A stretch of DNA of 64,000 nucleotides from the human T2T-CHM13v2.0 reference genome, Homo sapiens, in NCBI RefSeq assembly GCF_009914755.1, contig NC_060937.1; one strand, written 5' to 3'. Under the pieces are notes generated by a model that was not told the DNA's origin, ran no database searches, and saw only the letters and a list, made by a program, of their open reading frames with translations. Below are positions 1 to 15,017 of this stretch, one piece after another. Numbering within the stretch: the first letter of the stretch is position 1; each line of letters begins with the position of its first letter. The translations under genes and the position numbers were made by a program.

Positions 1-505
1 TATGTGACCTTTATAATTCATTTGTCTTTTGTACAAAGTTAGGAGGCTCCATAAGTTATCTGCATGTCTCCAAGGGCCATTAAAATGGGACAGGCCATCT
101 CAAAGAAGCTTTTTATTTTGCAGTTGACAATAACGAGAGGCCTTTCTAAACTATGTACCAGAGGAATCAGAATGTGCATTCTCAGAGCTCCTTGGCCTCC
201 TGAGGAGGAGGCACTTCTAGAGGGGTGGGGGTTCTTCCTCTATGGCCACTACTGAGGGGGTGGGTCCCTAACAAGGGAGAGGAAGTAATTATTGCTCTTG
301 TGCCACCACCAGCAACAACAACCAAAAAAGATGGTTCTGCTGATTAAACTAAGGTAGCAGGACAAACTTATTTACTAAATTTTTAACATTTTCATCCAGC
401 CAATTGATTTCTATTAAGTCACTGCCTGTTTCTTTTAAAAATAAACTCTTGGTCTTTTGTTCCACTCTTATTTTGTTCCACCTATATGTTCCAGATGCTT
501 GTTAA

Positions 506-835
<330 letters not shown>

Positions 836-1042
836 CCTTCTGTCACTTCTATCTAGAGTTGAATGCCCTGCCCTCAGCATTTCTGCACAACGATCCCTCT
901 TCCCTTGCTAACACTACATGAAGTCCACGCTAGCCCCCAGGTCACAGGGAAATACCTGATTGCTATGGGAGCTCATCCAGTGAAGTCAGGAACTTCCAAA
1001 TCTTTAAGCTGATTGATAACCCCAGGACAAGGAGAAAGAGAC

Positions 1043-1352
1043 TTTTATTTTTTACTTTTTTTTTTAGTGGCAGAATTTTCCTGTCACTGAGGCTGCAGTG
1101 CAGTGGTACAGTCATAGCTCGCTGCAGCCTTAAATTCCTGGGCCCAAGTGATCCTCCCACCTCAGCCTCCTGAGTAGCTGGGACCACAGGTGCAGCCCCG
1201 ATGCCCAGCTAATTAAAAAAAAAAAAAAAGTTGTGTAGAGACAGGTTCTCCCTATGTTGCCTAGGCTGGTCTCAAACTCCTGGCTTCTAGTGATCCTCCC
1301 TCCTGGACCTCCCAGAGCACTGGGATTATGGGTGTGAGACACTGTACCAGTC
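1043..1352 (-). mobile_element. Alu SINE, AluJ-type
   Basis: Dimeric Alu with J-type features (CATAGCTC-CTGCAGCCT...CCTGGG-CAAGTGATCCTCCCACCTCAGCC), heavily diverged. Confidence 0.93.
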
Positions 1353-2239
1353 TAGAAAGAAACTTTTAAGGTTAAATATATTGTTTTTCATGATTATGAA
1401 TTGGAGCAAAAATAAAAATGGGGTCTCATCCATGAAATAATGATAAGACAGACATAATCTCTTTTGAGATAATTTCTTGTCCTTGAGCCTTTTGGGGATA
1501 AATAAGAAGACAGAAGGACTATCATTAGCTTTCCTGAGCTTATTTTCATGGCTTTTCCTTGAAACTACCATTTCACCAGCATCCCCAATTGCCTTTGCAT
1601 TCCTGGACTTTCTCTGTGCCTAAGTGGCAAAGCTCCAAGCCTGAGTGAATACTACAGTCTGCATTTCTCATCTTAAACTCAATTCATTAAATGAGGAAGG
1701 AGAAATATTGCCCAGCATTGCAGATGGGTGCTGCCGTCAATTCATGGTCTTCCATTTTTCTCTTGTCCTTCCACAGTCCCCTTTGGGTAGAAACTCCAAA
1801 TCTTCACAATTCTCCAGAGAGGTCTTAATAATCTACTGTATCCCTCACTTATAGCACATGGCCTCCACTTCCACATATTTTAAAAACTTGAGACTGTTAT
1901 GTGCAAACTTCAAGGTGGTGCACACCTACAAAAGCTTTCATCCACTCATTTTTTGCCAAGAACCTAACAAAAGATGGAAAAGATGGTGGGTTTTGCCTGT
2001 TTGTTTTCTCCTATTTTATTCTAGACCAGGCTGTTTCCTTGTGAAGCTCTTGGTATTGTGTCCACCTGTCTCTTTCTGAACTTCTTTTTCTTTTGGCTCT
2101 AAAACCTCTTCCTCTCCATAAGTTCTTTCCTATTAGATAGAAACTTTCTTCAATCTCTCCCACTAGAACAAAAAACATTAAGCATACTCTAGCTCTGTTT
2201 TTCCATTCCTTCCTCTGGCTACCTCCCTCTCTCTCTCTT

Positions 2240-3540
<1,301 letters not shown>

Positions 3541-3550
3541 CTGATGGTTG

Positions 3551-3582
3551 TCATCATCATTGCCATCATCATCATCATCATG
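3551..3582. repeat. (CAT)n microsatellite at a MIR tail
   Basis: tcatcatcattgccatcatcatcatcatcat. Confidence 0.8.
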
Positions 3583-3589
3583 AGTAAAT

Positions 3590-3752
3590 ACTCAGTGAGT
3601 GTTTACTATGTACCAGGCACTATGATCATCTCTTCATAGACGTTGTATCACATGGTCCTCACAATTCCCCATCTGGTAAGTACTGTCATGATTTTCATTT
3701 GTACACAAGGAAACTGAGTCAGAAAGAGGATAAGTAAATTGCCAAAACAGCT
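3590..3752 (-). mobile_element. MIR SINE
   Basis: tactatgtaccaggcact...aggaaactgagtcagaaagaggataagtaaattgcc, the reverse MIR core. Confidence 0.8.
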
Positions 3753-5210
3753 AAAAAGGACCTGCGTGTTGTTCTAACTTTTCAGCTTTAGATCCAACTA
3801 TTCACCTCCTGTGGCCCGATTTTTGAGCACTCATCCTCCCTTTGGCCTTCCAGCTTCCATACTCTTGCTTGCGCCACTTTGCCTGTCTTTCCCACCTTTG
3901 CAATTCCTACCAATGTGTCAAAGGCAGCTCAGACAGCATTTCTTATCTGCAGCCTTATCTCCCCTCCTACCCTTGGCCAGAAGTGACCTTCCAATGGTTC
4001 TTCTCTACATAAACCATTCGGAAAGTAATTAAACAGCAAACTAATTCTATAATGTCATAAAGCATTCTTTTTCATGGTCCGATCTCAAAACCAATTGTTT
4101 GCTGTTCAGGTTTGTGTGTAGTTGTGACTTTTCTCTCCAGGGAGAGTGTAAGTACTTTGCATGGTTTACACTTTTCTCCTGCAGTGCTCAATTAACAGGA
4201 GACTGGTGTTTTTTTCTTCTCTTTAAGCCCTTGACTCTTCCCAACCTTCCCATCATGATGATCTTTTTTAAATTCCAGGCTCAAAGAAGAGACTTCTTTT
4301 AATATCTCCTCTCACCCTAACACCAAATCCATAGATCCTTTGCCCATGACCTCTGACGGATCTGTTTCTCTATCTGCAGCTTTCCAGCCCTAGGCCTGAC
4401 CTGCAGAGCCCACTGTTAGATCCAGTGCCACACAGAGAGGATCAAACAGGAGCGTCCAGATCAACTTCTACGTTCTCCATTTCTCCAAAAGCAGCTATAC
4501 TAGCGCTGTGGCCACGGGTTAAGCAAATCTCAAAAGTTCATGTTCCTTATGTACTTTTAGCAGCTCTATAAGGGGAGGAGCTGAGAGACAACACACTTAC
4601 AGAATTCCCATAACGTTGAGAAAATCAGGAAAACCCCCTTGAACACTGTAATAGGTAAAGAACAGCTGCCTTTACTAAACCCTACTGCAAATTTTGAGCT
4701 GGAATCAAATTGCATGGAATAACTAATGCACCCTTGCAAGGTGTGATGAAACCAGCTTACTTGTGGTTTAATTTTCCATTCAATATCCTGCTCTGTTTTA
4801 TGAGCCATATAACTTTGTGATGCAATTATGGCTAACGTACAGACTCAGGCAGGAGGCAGGAACCCGTGAGCTGGTTACAAAAGACCGTGACATGGATGGA
4901 TCACTGATGTGGAAAAGTCAGGGGGCATGGACTCAGGTGGCAGAAGTAGCTGGAGAGAGGTTTTGGATGAAGACTTTGGTGACAGAAAGTGTAGCATTCG
5001 AAAATAAATGCTATAATATGAATAAATGAGTCCTGGCTGATATTTAAAAGTGACCAATAGAAGGGGTAATTTTCTCACCAAAACTTCATATTATCTCTTC
5101 ATGGTAACAGGAACATAGATATCACAGGCCACCCTATTACCTCCTTTACAGATGATCTCTTTTCGTAGTGTCACCCTGGCAGGAAAGATTTGACAGAAGC
5201 CATATAGTTA

Positions 5211-5437
5211 AATAATAATTTTACTAACTACTCTTCAGGGGCTAGGTGCTATCTGAAGTGCTTTATAATATTAACTCACTTAAGCCTCTTGACAACCCCA
5301 TGATACAGCTATTATTATCTTCCCCATATAAATGAAGAAACTGAAGCCAAGAGGATTTAAGTCTCTAGCTAAAGGCCACATGGTAACAAAATAGCAGTGG
5401 CTGGATTTGGACTCTGACAGTCAGACACCAAACCCCA
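5211..5437 (-). mobile_element. MIR SINE
   Basis: acaaccccatga...attattatcttccccatataaatgaagaaactgaagcc...ggatttggac. Confidence 0.8.
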
Positions 5438-5515
5438 TAGCATCCTCCTCTGGTGTCTGACCATGTCTTTGTATAATATAGCGCCTTCTAGTTTTCAAGC
5501 ACTGTTGTAAGTGGG

Positions 5516-5847
<332 letters not shown>

Positions 5848-6040
5848 ATGTAAGTGTTTTACATATACTAACTAAATCCTCACTACCACTCTATGGAATA
5901 AGGACTATTATGGTCTTCATAGCTTGGATGAGGAAACTGAGGCACAGAGAGATTATGAGACTTACCCAAGGACACCTTCCTCATGAGAAGCAGGGACTGG
6001 ATGGAAAGGCAGGTGCTCTGGTCCCGAGGCCGTGCTCTCA
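5848..6040 (-). mobile_element. MIR SINE (host of the Alu)
   Basis: gatgaggaaactgaggcacagagagattatgagacttacccaaggacac. Confidence 0.85.
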
Positions 6041-6984
6041 AGCACTGGTTGTAGGACCCACTCACTGGAGAGGAGAGGCATAAGAAGGGCTACCTCACTT
6101 AGCTGCCCAGAGGTAGTGGGTGTAAGGCATTAGCACTGAGTGTGGAATGGGGGTGTCCCACCCAGCACATGTCCCCAGACCCATCTGAAGGCTTCCACAT
6201 CCCCTTGGTTCTCTCTCTCCCTCATTTCTGGTGCAAGGCATCCAGGCCCTCTCCTCTGGCCACAGTCCTTCTCAGAGCAGACCAGGTGGCCGCACTCTGG
6301 CTCCCTGGGGCCAGGTTTTTTGGCCCCCATGTCTCATGCAAGCTGAGCTATTATCGCATGGCTACAAGACGTGGTTTTCCTAGAAAGGGACTCAGTGGGG
6401 CTGAAGTCCTTGTGTGTTCTAATCCCTTCTGTGGCACTTTGTCTGCAGGGGCCGAGCGATCAGCCTGGCTTGTTCTCGTGCCTGTCCAGATGCCTTTCAC
6501 ATTGTCTGTTTGTTAACCTGCATTTTTGGCTTTGCACCTCAGACTCTGTTTACTTGTCTGCCTGCTTGTTCTCAGTTAATAAATTGGAATTGATTTGGCG
6601 ACTTCACAAACAAGTGAGTCTCAATCTTGTTTAAAAATAGGGATGGGAGGGTGAAGTGTAGGATAGATCAGAGGGTTGGGGCTGGGTCGGGGGACTGTAT
6701 AGCTCCTGTTTCTGATGATTTCCCAGTGAAGCTTACATAAAAGAGAGAGTTGTGGGGAGGGCGAGCAACATTTGGGCTGAAAGCTCAAAGTCCTGTTCCC
6801 CTGTTCTTGGGACAAACATTGCAGAATTTCCAAATGACAACTCTAAATGGTTTGCATTTGATATGAGAAACAAGAATGGCTGGCATAGCTCTGTCAACAG
6901 ACAAAAGATGGGGAACATGAAGCTTTCAGATTCTGCTGTGCAATATAAATGTAGCCAGGGAAAGAGTGGAGGAAGTCAAGTTCA

Positions 6985-7225
6985 GGGTATAAAGCATAGC
7001 CTCTGGAGCTTGGTTGCCTGGGTCCCTGCCCCAGCACTGTGACTAACTAGACATGTGGCCGTGAGCAGGAAATGAACATCTCTGTGCTCAGCATCCTCCA
7101 AAATAGGACAGTGGAAATTATGCCCTCCCCGTGGGGAGATGGTGAGAATCACTTAGTTATCATTTGCAAAGCACAAGGCATAACGTCTGCTGCGTAGTAA
7201 ACTCTCAATAAGGATTAGTGATCAT
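6985..7225 (+). mobile_element. MIR SINE
   Basis: ctctggagc...gcctgggt...ctctgtgctcagcatcctc...tagtaaactctcaataa. Confidence 0.75.
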
Positions 7226-8410
7226 TGTTCCCAGTGAATAACATAATGGGAACCTGAGCTAGGACAGGTGGTTGCAGAAAGGAATTGCTGCAAGGCTGTG
7301 AAGAGAATATAAGCTGAGCTTGCTTGTTCTGTGCCTCTGCTGATGCTGTTCTTATTGCCAGTTGGTTAACCTGCCTTTACCTGTTAACCTGTAAAAATAG
7401 GCTATGATTCTAGGAGGGCTGTAATACTATTCTTAACCTTTTGTGGACATTTAAATGTTTTCATAATAAGATGTCTTTAAAATGCCAGGAGTTTGTGATG
7501 GATTGTTTTTGTTTGAAATATATTATTCTCTTTCTAGAAACTTTTTTAAAAAAAACTTCATGTAATAAGGTTAATAAACCAGAAATAGAAAGGGGAAAGT
7601 AAGATCCAGAGGAAAGAGCAAACGGCTAACACTGCCTTACGAAAACACTTTAGAGCCAGACAAACCTGGGCCCACATCCCAGATGTACCATCCAGAGGTT
7701 TGGTGTCTTTGGGGAACGTACTAATTCGCCTGTTATTTGTTTGTTCTGCTCATAAAGCAGACTGATGGTCTCTGCTGCTGGGATTGCAGTGAGCTCTAAA
7801 TGATATGCCATAGGTCATCTCCCAGCCCTCAACAGGGGCCCTCACACAGTGGGCCCTCAATCAACGTGACATCTTTCTTTCCTGCAATAGTGGAGTATAG
7901 GAGGTAGGGAGGAAATGGGGTGTGGAGGGGGAGGGGAAGAAAACTCCAAGGCAGACAACATGAGTTTTGCAAACTTGATGAGAAATTGGTTTTGTACACT
8001 TTGTTGGAATGGACTCAAAGCAAAACTGTGCAGCAGGTGTAAGTAGAGTGGAAGCGTAAGGAGGTGTAAGTAGAATTTTTTCCTTTTCCTTCCTGGCCAA
8101 TGGCCTCTCCCACAGGGTCCTCAGAGCAGAGAGTGTGACTCATTTGTGCATACAATAAACAAATAGAATGACTTGAAATATAATGACTTCTAAGAAAATT
8201 TGCATTTTCACTATGCATAAAAGCCATAAACAAAAGAACAAAATACCAGTAGATGCATTTCAGCAGGTACTGTAGAGGGGAGATTTTATTTTTATTTCTT
8301 CGAGGGAAAGCTGGCAGAGCAAAGGAAGGGCCTTGCTTGTCCTTGAGCCGTTGGCTGGGTGAATGAAGGGGGAAATGTGAAGCTTGAATTCAGCGCTACT
8401 CACTTTTAGG

Positions 8411-8706
8411 TGCTGACTCTGGTGGACAGTGGGGGATCCTGAATGGTCACAGCCCAGCAAGAAGTGGAGCAGGAGCTTCAGCCAAATGGAATGAGGCAGG
8501 ATGCTTGCACAGGTCTTGAGGCACCAGTGTGGACAGGGAGGAAGAGGGAAAAGGTCTCAATGTGCCAGGTAACACAGAAGCTTCAACAAACATCATTTCA
8601 CTGAGTCCTCACAACAGCAACATGAGGAAGACAAGGCTCTGTGAGGCCACGCAATGCACACAACATCACACAGCTCACAACTGGCAGAGCCAGGATCTGA
8701 ACCCAA
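8411..8706 (+). repeat. Direct repeat copy A (296 bp); distal part is a MIR fragment
   Basis: Aligns without gaps to 9372-9667 with 6 substitutions. Confidence 0.97.
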
Positions 8707-9371
8707 ACAGCCTGATGTCAAACAGCCCCCCAAGACTGCATACCAGGCAACTAAGAGGAGAACCAGGAGTGTCCCTGTGTCCCCACAACGAACAACTTAA
8801 CCCAACCAAGCCACAGTAATTGGCGTGTGTGTCCCATGTGGGCATCTCATGAACGCAGCCCATGTGCTGGCCTGTGCTCCACCTGCCCCCTGCATCCGGA
8901 AAGGGGAGAGGGCTGGGTCCAGGGCTGTCATCCACTATCATTCTGCCATCCTTCATTCCATTTCAAATAATTGGCCTTGGCTGCCCCCACAGACTGGTCT
9001 CCATGGGAGGCGATGTTCTGGCTGACCGTAGCCTGGCCTTTCCAGCTGTCTGCAGGAAGGCCTGCATTTCACACCCTTCCTCCCCATTCTCTCTTCCTCC
9101 CACCTCACCTGCTGCGCCTGCTGGTCCATTTTCTACTCCCTCCCCAGAGCTTAGTTTTGCTCTCTAGGTAGATACACAGACGACTGCCTCTTCCAGACAC
9201 TAGTGGGCCACTGCTTCCGGGTTACCGTGGATGACGTTGATGATAAGGAGTGCACACAGTCTAAGCAACTCAACTGAGACCCTGGAAAATGTGCCAACAA
9301 CCAGCTCTTTCTTTTTGGAACTCTTGGTGGGGCTTTGGGATAAATATTCCACCATCTTTTGTCATGGCACA

Positions 9372-9667
9372 TGCTGACTCTGGTGGACAGTGGGGGATCC
9401 TGAATGGTCACAGCCCAGCAAGAAGTGGAGCAGGAGCTTCAGCCAAATGGAATGAGGCAGGATGATTGTACAGGTCTTGAGGCACCAGTGAGGACAGGGA
9501 GGAAGAGGGAAAAGGTCTCAATGTGCCAGGTAACACAGAAGCTTCAACCAACATCATCTCACTGAGTCCTCACAACAGCAACATGAGGAAGACAAGGCTC
9601 TGTGAGGCCATGCAATGCACACAACATCACACAGCTCACAACTGGCAGAGCCAGGATCTGAACCCAA
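9372..9667 (+). repeat. Direct repeat copy B (296 bp)
   Basis: Aligns without gaps to 8411-8706, offset 961 bp. Confidence 0.97.
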
Positions 9668-9914
9668 TCATAATCTGAATCAAAAAATGAGACAGGAAAG
9701 AGTGACTTCTCCATCTTAGAGCTCTGGGGCATGAAGTAAGAAAGCCTGAGAGGAGAAAGGAAAAGGCATTGAGGGGAGGGGAAGGGCCAAGCCACTTGGA
9801 GACAGGTTATGACACAGAAATACCACCTAAGCTCTCTGTTTCTCCCCATGGGAAGTGGCAGCAGCAACAGCAGCAGTTTGGGAGCCTCCAGCCTCACCAG
9901 AAGACATTGGCCTC

Positions 9915-10465
9915 TGGGACCACACCTGAGTTTTGCTAATAGGGTGAATCCTGGTGGGACCCTAGATAGTTTCAGGATGGAGGTTGGCCAGGCCTGTAAG
10001 ACCAATCATGTGATTAGAGGCTCGGGGCTTCAAGCCATTTGCTATTCACCAGCCTCCCAGGAGAGGCACTGGAGATTGAGCTCAGACATGTGGTCAATGA
10101 TTCAATCATCCATACACAGTGAAACCCCAATAAAAACTCTGGACCCTGAGGCTTGGGTCCCCTTCCTTGGTGGTGAACACATCAGCGTGCCAGCAGGGTG
10201 ACACATTCTGATTGTATGGAGACTGGGCACAGAAGCTCTGCATTTGAGACCATCCCAGGCCTTGCCCTAATATCTTCTTTTGGGTGCTCCTGATTTGCAT
10301 CCTTTATAATTAAACTGTAATTTTAAGTATAACACTTTCCTGAGTTCTACAAGTTATTCTATCAAACTATTGAGCCTGAGGGGGTTGTAGGAACCCCTGA
10401 ATTTGTAGCCAGTTGGTCAGAAGTATGGAAGCCCAAGGAGCCCTAGAATTTGTGGCTGAGATACT
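9915..10465 (+). mobile_element. LTR, MER21-like (ERVL)
   Basis: accaatcatgtgattagagg, ccccaataaaaactctggac, gaacccctgaatttgtagccagttggtcagaagt resemble MER21 from memory. Confidence 0.8.
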
Positions 10466-11119
10466 AGTGCTGAGGAGTGAATTGATTACTAAACAATCAA
10501 ATTCATTTGGTGTCTTTAAGATGGAGAAAATTTCACATAGTTCAGATACTGCCTAATTATTTTGTTAAGAAAAGTGAATTGGCTTGGCCCTTTGCAATTT
10601 GATCGGTTGCTTGGCAATCAACTCGCCAATAGTCCTTGCCTCCTCATTTTTCTTTCCGATTTTAATTGTGGCATTGGAATAAAAGGATAGTCTATCCATC
10701 TGCTGCCTTAGATTTTGAGGCTTAATTTAAAAAGTCAATCCTTGGACTATTTTTTAAATTCCCAGACCAAAGGAATCTAACTATTATTTCACAGCCCTTC
10801 TATTTCTTTCTTTTCACCCACATCCCTCAATCTCCTCAGTATCCTTTTCATCTCTTTAAAAGATATGAAAACAAAACTAAATGTAATAAAGATTTAGGCA
10901 ACGCTAAGAACACAAGAAATTCTATTGGCTCCTATTAATCATGTTCTAACTCAACTTAATTGTACATATTTTGCTTGTTCATATTCAGCAGTGCTTGTGT
11001 TCCACTATGACCCCTAGATCTCTGTATGTCATGCTTGCTTGGATTTCCACCTCCTTTCTCCCAATCTCTCCCTTTCCCCAATATCTCTATATCTTTGTAT
11101 AATTTGTTTTACCCCTAAA

Positions 11120-11577
<458 letters not shown>

Positions 11578-11754
11578 TAATTTATTATTGCTTTCAGCAA
11601 CATTATATTTTATCCTATGCATAGTTTATTAGGCCACATCAAATTTTCTCCATATTTTAAGTACCTAGTGACAATATCCCAATTTATGACATTTGCCTGT
11701 GATTAGAACTGTTGGTTTTCCCTTTAATGGAAGTGTTTTTCACTCTTGACTGCT

Positions 11755-12435
11755 TGTAGTACAACATGGTCAGAACACATCCGCAGCCCTTTCTAAGGGA
11801 CACTGTCCCACCCAGGGCCACTGCTGAAATGGCAGTTCTCGATGGACCCCTATTACATCTGTCCTCATCTGATTGGTCTGGAAGTAGACACCTGCCTCAG
11901 GGATGCCTGTCCAGGCTTACCGGGAGATCTACTGTAAAGAGCTGAGCACTACCAGGAATTCACTGGACCAATCATATTCTCACTCACAGGACTTTGAATT
12001 GGAAAATACACAGAGACTCAAGCTATCAGGGGCTGAGGTTGAAAGAGTGCACGAGTAGCCTTGAGTTAGCTGAAGTGTAGAGTAAGCCAAAATTGTGAGA
12101 AAGTGGAAACTACGATTGAGCAGAAGATTAAGTGTAGAGAAGTTGTGTTAAGTCATGGTGGTGAGAGGAGAAGCTAAAGCACATACATCAAGAATAACCA
12201 GAGCCAGGGTTGGCCAAGCCACTTTAATGGCAGAGCATGGGATTCACCGCCCCCAAGTGCCAAGGTCCCTAGAGCCTCACTGCCTCCAGCTCTAGTCTCT
12301 GTGTGGACTAACCACACAGCAGTTTCTTATGAGAGAACTTCCTTCTTCATTACCCCTTGCTTCTTGCAATAAACCAGCCCTTATTATGTGACCTGGTTAT
12401 CATGGGTCATGCTTCCTTGTAACTCAATGAGCCCA
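11755..12435 (+). mobile_element. Old ERVL LTR (LTR33/LTR41-like)
   Basis: tctgattgg, ggaccaatcatattctc...tttgaattggaaa...cagagac, AATAAA near 12368 followed by cttgtaactcaa. Confidence 0.55.
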
Positions 12436-14094
12436 CACCTGCTGCTCCCACCTGTGCCTGGGTGGTGGAGAAACTGACAGGCAGCACTGCCAAGGGGCCA
12501 TGCCACTAACTTGTAGCTGTCATTCCACCATGGGGCTCAGCTCACTTGCCCCACAATGCTTGTTTCAACATGGACTGGCTGCTTAGTCAAAAACTCCCTC
12601 TCCCAGAACTGGCTCTCCAACAAGAATGGCTAAAGGATCCAAGGTAAAAAGAAACAAACAAAAATACGTAAAGGTCATATGCCTTGCACTCCTTTGTCTA
12701 CCTGGAAAGAGACAATTGTTCTGGCTGTATCAGCTTATCGGCCTCCAGGAAACTTTTTGGTTATGCATGAAGTCCGCCCTCTGTTCTGTGAGTCCTGGTT
12801 TCTAAATGATTCACAGGTGTGTGGCAGGAGAGGCACTTTCCAACTCTGAGTAAAAATGATGCCAGAAAAAATCAGAGTGACACACTGTTTCTTCTCTTAT
12901 GCCTCAGCCTCTAGTTGTCCTGCCAGACAGCAAGGTTTTGGGTACAATCAGCCATAAAATCAGAAGAGAGTGAATATTTATGAGCACTGCCCCACTTTGG
13001 GCAACTGCAGGGTCAAAGAGACCAATATTTCACCCTCAGAGGGATCAAGAAGAAAGAGTACCTGAACTCAGTTCGGATATGTACATAGTGCATAGCGGGG
13101 CTAGAAGCAGCCTGAATGTCACTGATCAACCTCACCTCTTTCACCTAGGACTGTCCCAAGTCATCGACAACAGAGGGGACTTATTCAACCCCCAAAACAC
13201 ATGCAGGTATTTAGATTCCCCACCTCTTGTATCTGGCTGATGGATAACACCCTCAAATACACCCAGCTAAGTTATAAAATCTTTCTAGAGCTAACGCCTT
13301 AGTGAATTTGTTTATTCACTGGGAGCAGGTCTCCTGGACCATTTGACCCCACAATTCCACTCCCTTGTGTTCACACTCCAGGGGAGGTTCCAGGAGAAAA
13401 CTGTCTCATGTCCCCTCTCTTTTACTGGTACTGGTGATTACACAGCTGTTCAAGTTAAGATGGCTCCCTACCATGCATCCAGGGCCCACTCTGGCAGGGA
13501 GAGTGGCTTACCCGCTTAACCTGGCATGCCGAGGTCTCGGCTGTGCCCCTGAATCATTGCTGAGTGCGTCAAGGACTCCAGTCCCCAACCCTCTGCAGGC
13601 CTGACTCATGCAGCAGCTTCCCCAGAGTACGCCCACGGGCTCCAGGTACTGCTCACAAGCTGGTCTCCTCCTCCACGTAGACACACAAACAAAGCCAGTT
13701 ACTAGGCTTGCTAAGCTCTGCTTAAAGTTACAGGGCCTTGCCTTTGGGGCCGCAGGCTGCCTCATGCACGCCTCTCTTGTTGTGGATGCTGGGCTCTTCC
13801 ATGACAACATAGGAAACCCACCAAGGGTCCCTTTCACATTGATAATGATGTTATGAAATCTGCGGCCAATCTTGAAAAATGCAGTGCCTTATGGGAGGGG
13901 AAAAAGAGGCTGGGAGGGCAAGGGAACTTTATCAAGCAGCAACCCCAAGGCCAGACCTTGGACTCCTGGGCCCAGCCTCAGAGACTGTTTCAGGACATAT
14001 GATAGAAACTCTCGCTACTGTCTTTTTAAAAAGAATCTCAGATGATTCTGATGATTCAGACAGGTTTGGGAACCATTCTCCTGGTACATACGTG

Positions 14095-14097
<3 letters not shown>

Positions 14098-14127
<30 letters not shown>
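14098..14127. repeat. (AC)15 microsatellite
   Basis: Read directly. It follows a MER5-like end (gatgattctgatg...gtttgggaacca). Confidence 0.95.
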
Positions 14128-14129
<2 letters not shown>

Positions 14130-14957
14130 CTACATTGTATGTAGATAGGACTACATAGATATGACTGTGTTGTCATAGCAGAAATAAAAAACCAGAAAAG
14201 AATCGTGCATGTGTGGAGTCTTGTGTGGGAAGGCGGGAGATCTTCCATTAATGAATAAAATGATCTGGAGTAAATCCCTTCTCTGCCCCAGGCCTCATCT
14301 GGAAAGTAAGAATTTAGATTAAATTTTCTCCAAGATCTCTCCAGCTCCAATGAATGTGGATGCTGCACATTCTACAAATCGCTCACTGCCTTCAGACTTT
14401 AATTTTTTTTTTCAGGCAATCAGTCGTTATTTGAAAAGAGACATACAATTGGAGATAACCCAGAAGGATCTTTTTATTATCTTCACATAGGTGACTAATA
14501 TTTAGAAGGATAGGTAACAAGAGCAGGTAGTGGGAGTATGAATTAAAGAGGATGAGCTGGCTGAGGTGTAATTGAAACCTTCCCCATCAAGTAAATATAA
14601 TGAACCCATTGCAAACTGTAAACAGAGAAACTCCCTAGCTGGGCGTTGTGGGAGTTGTCATACGGAAAAGTGTTTATACTGGGAAAAGTAGCCAAGTTGC
14701 AAGATGGGATTAGGGGAATATCAGAGTTGGGGAGTAGAAACAAGATAGCAGCCACCAGCGCAGGGAGCCAAGTCTCTTCTCTTGCTAAATTCAGAGGGGC
14801 ATTTGGGTGCTTCAGGCAGAGATCAAGCCAAGGAGGCAAACATTACTGCCTCGCTTATGGCTTTCAAAAAAGCAGGAATTGAGGAGCATGAGGCCACAGA
14901 GGAAGGAAGAGGTGGCATTTCAAGGAAGAGAATCTAAAAGAATTGTCCTGGCTTCCT

Positions 14958-15017
14958 TCAAGTGCTGGTCACGGCTATATGAGAAGATCAAGTGCTGGTC
15001 ACGGCTATGTGTGAAGA
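14958..15017 (+). repeat. 30-bp tandem duplication (2 copies, 2 mismatches)
   Basis: tcaagtgctggtcacggctatatgagaaga / tcaagtgctggtcacggctatgtgtgaaga. Confidence 0.93.
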
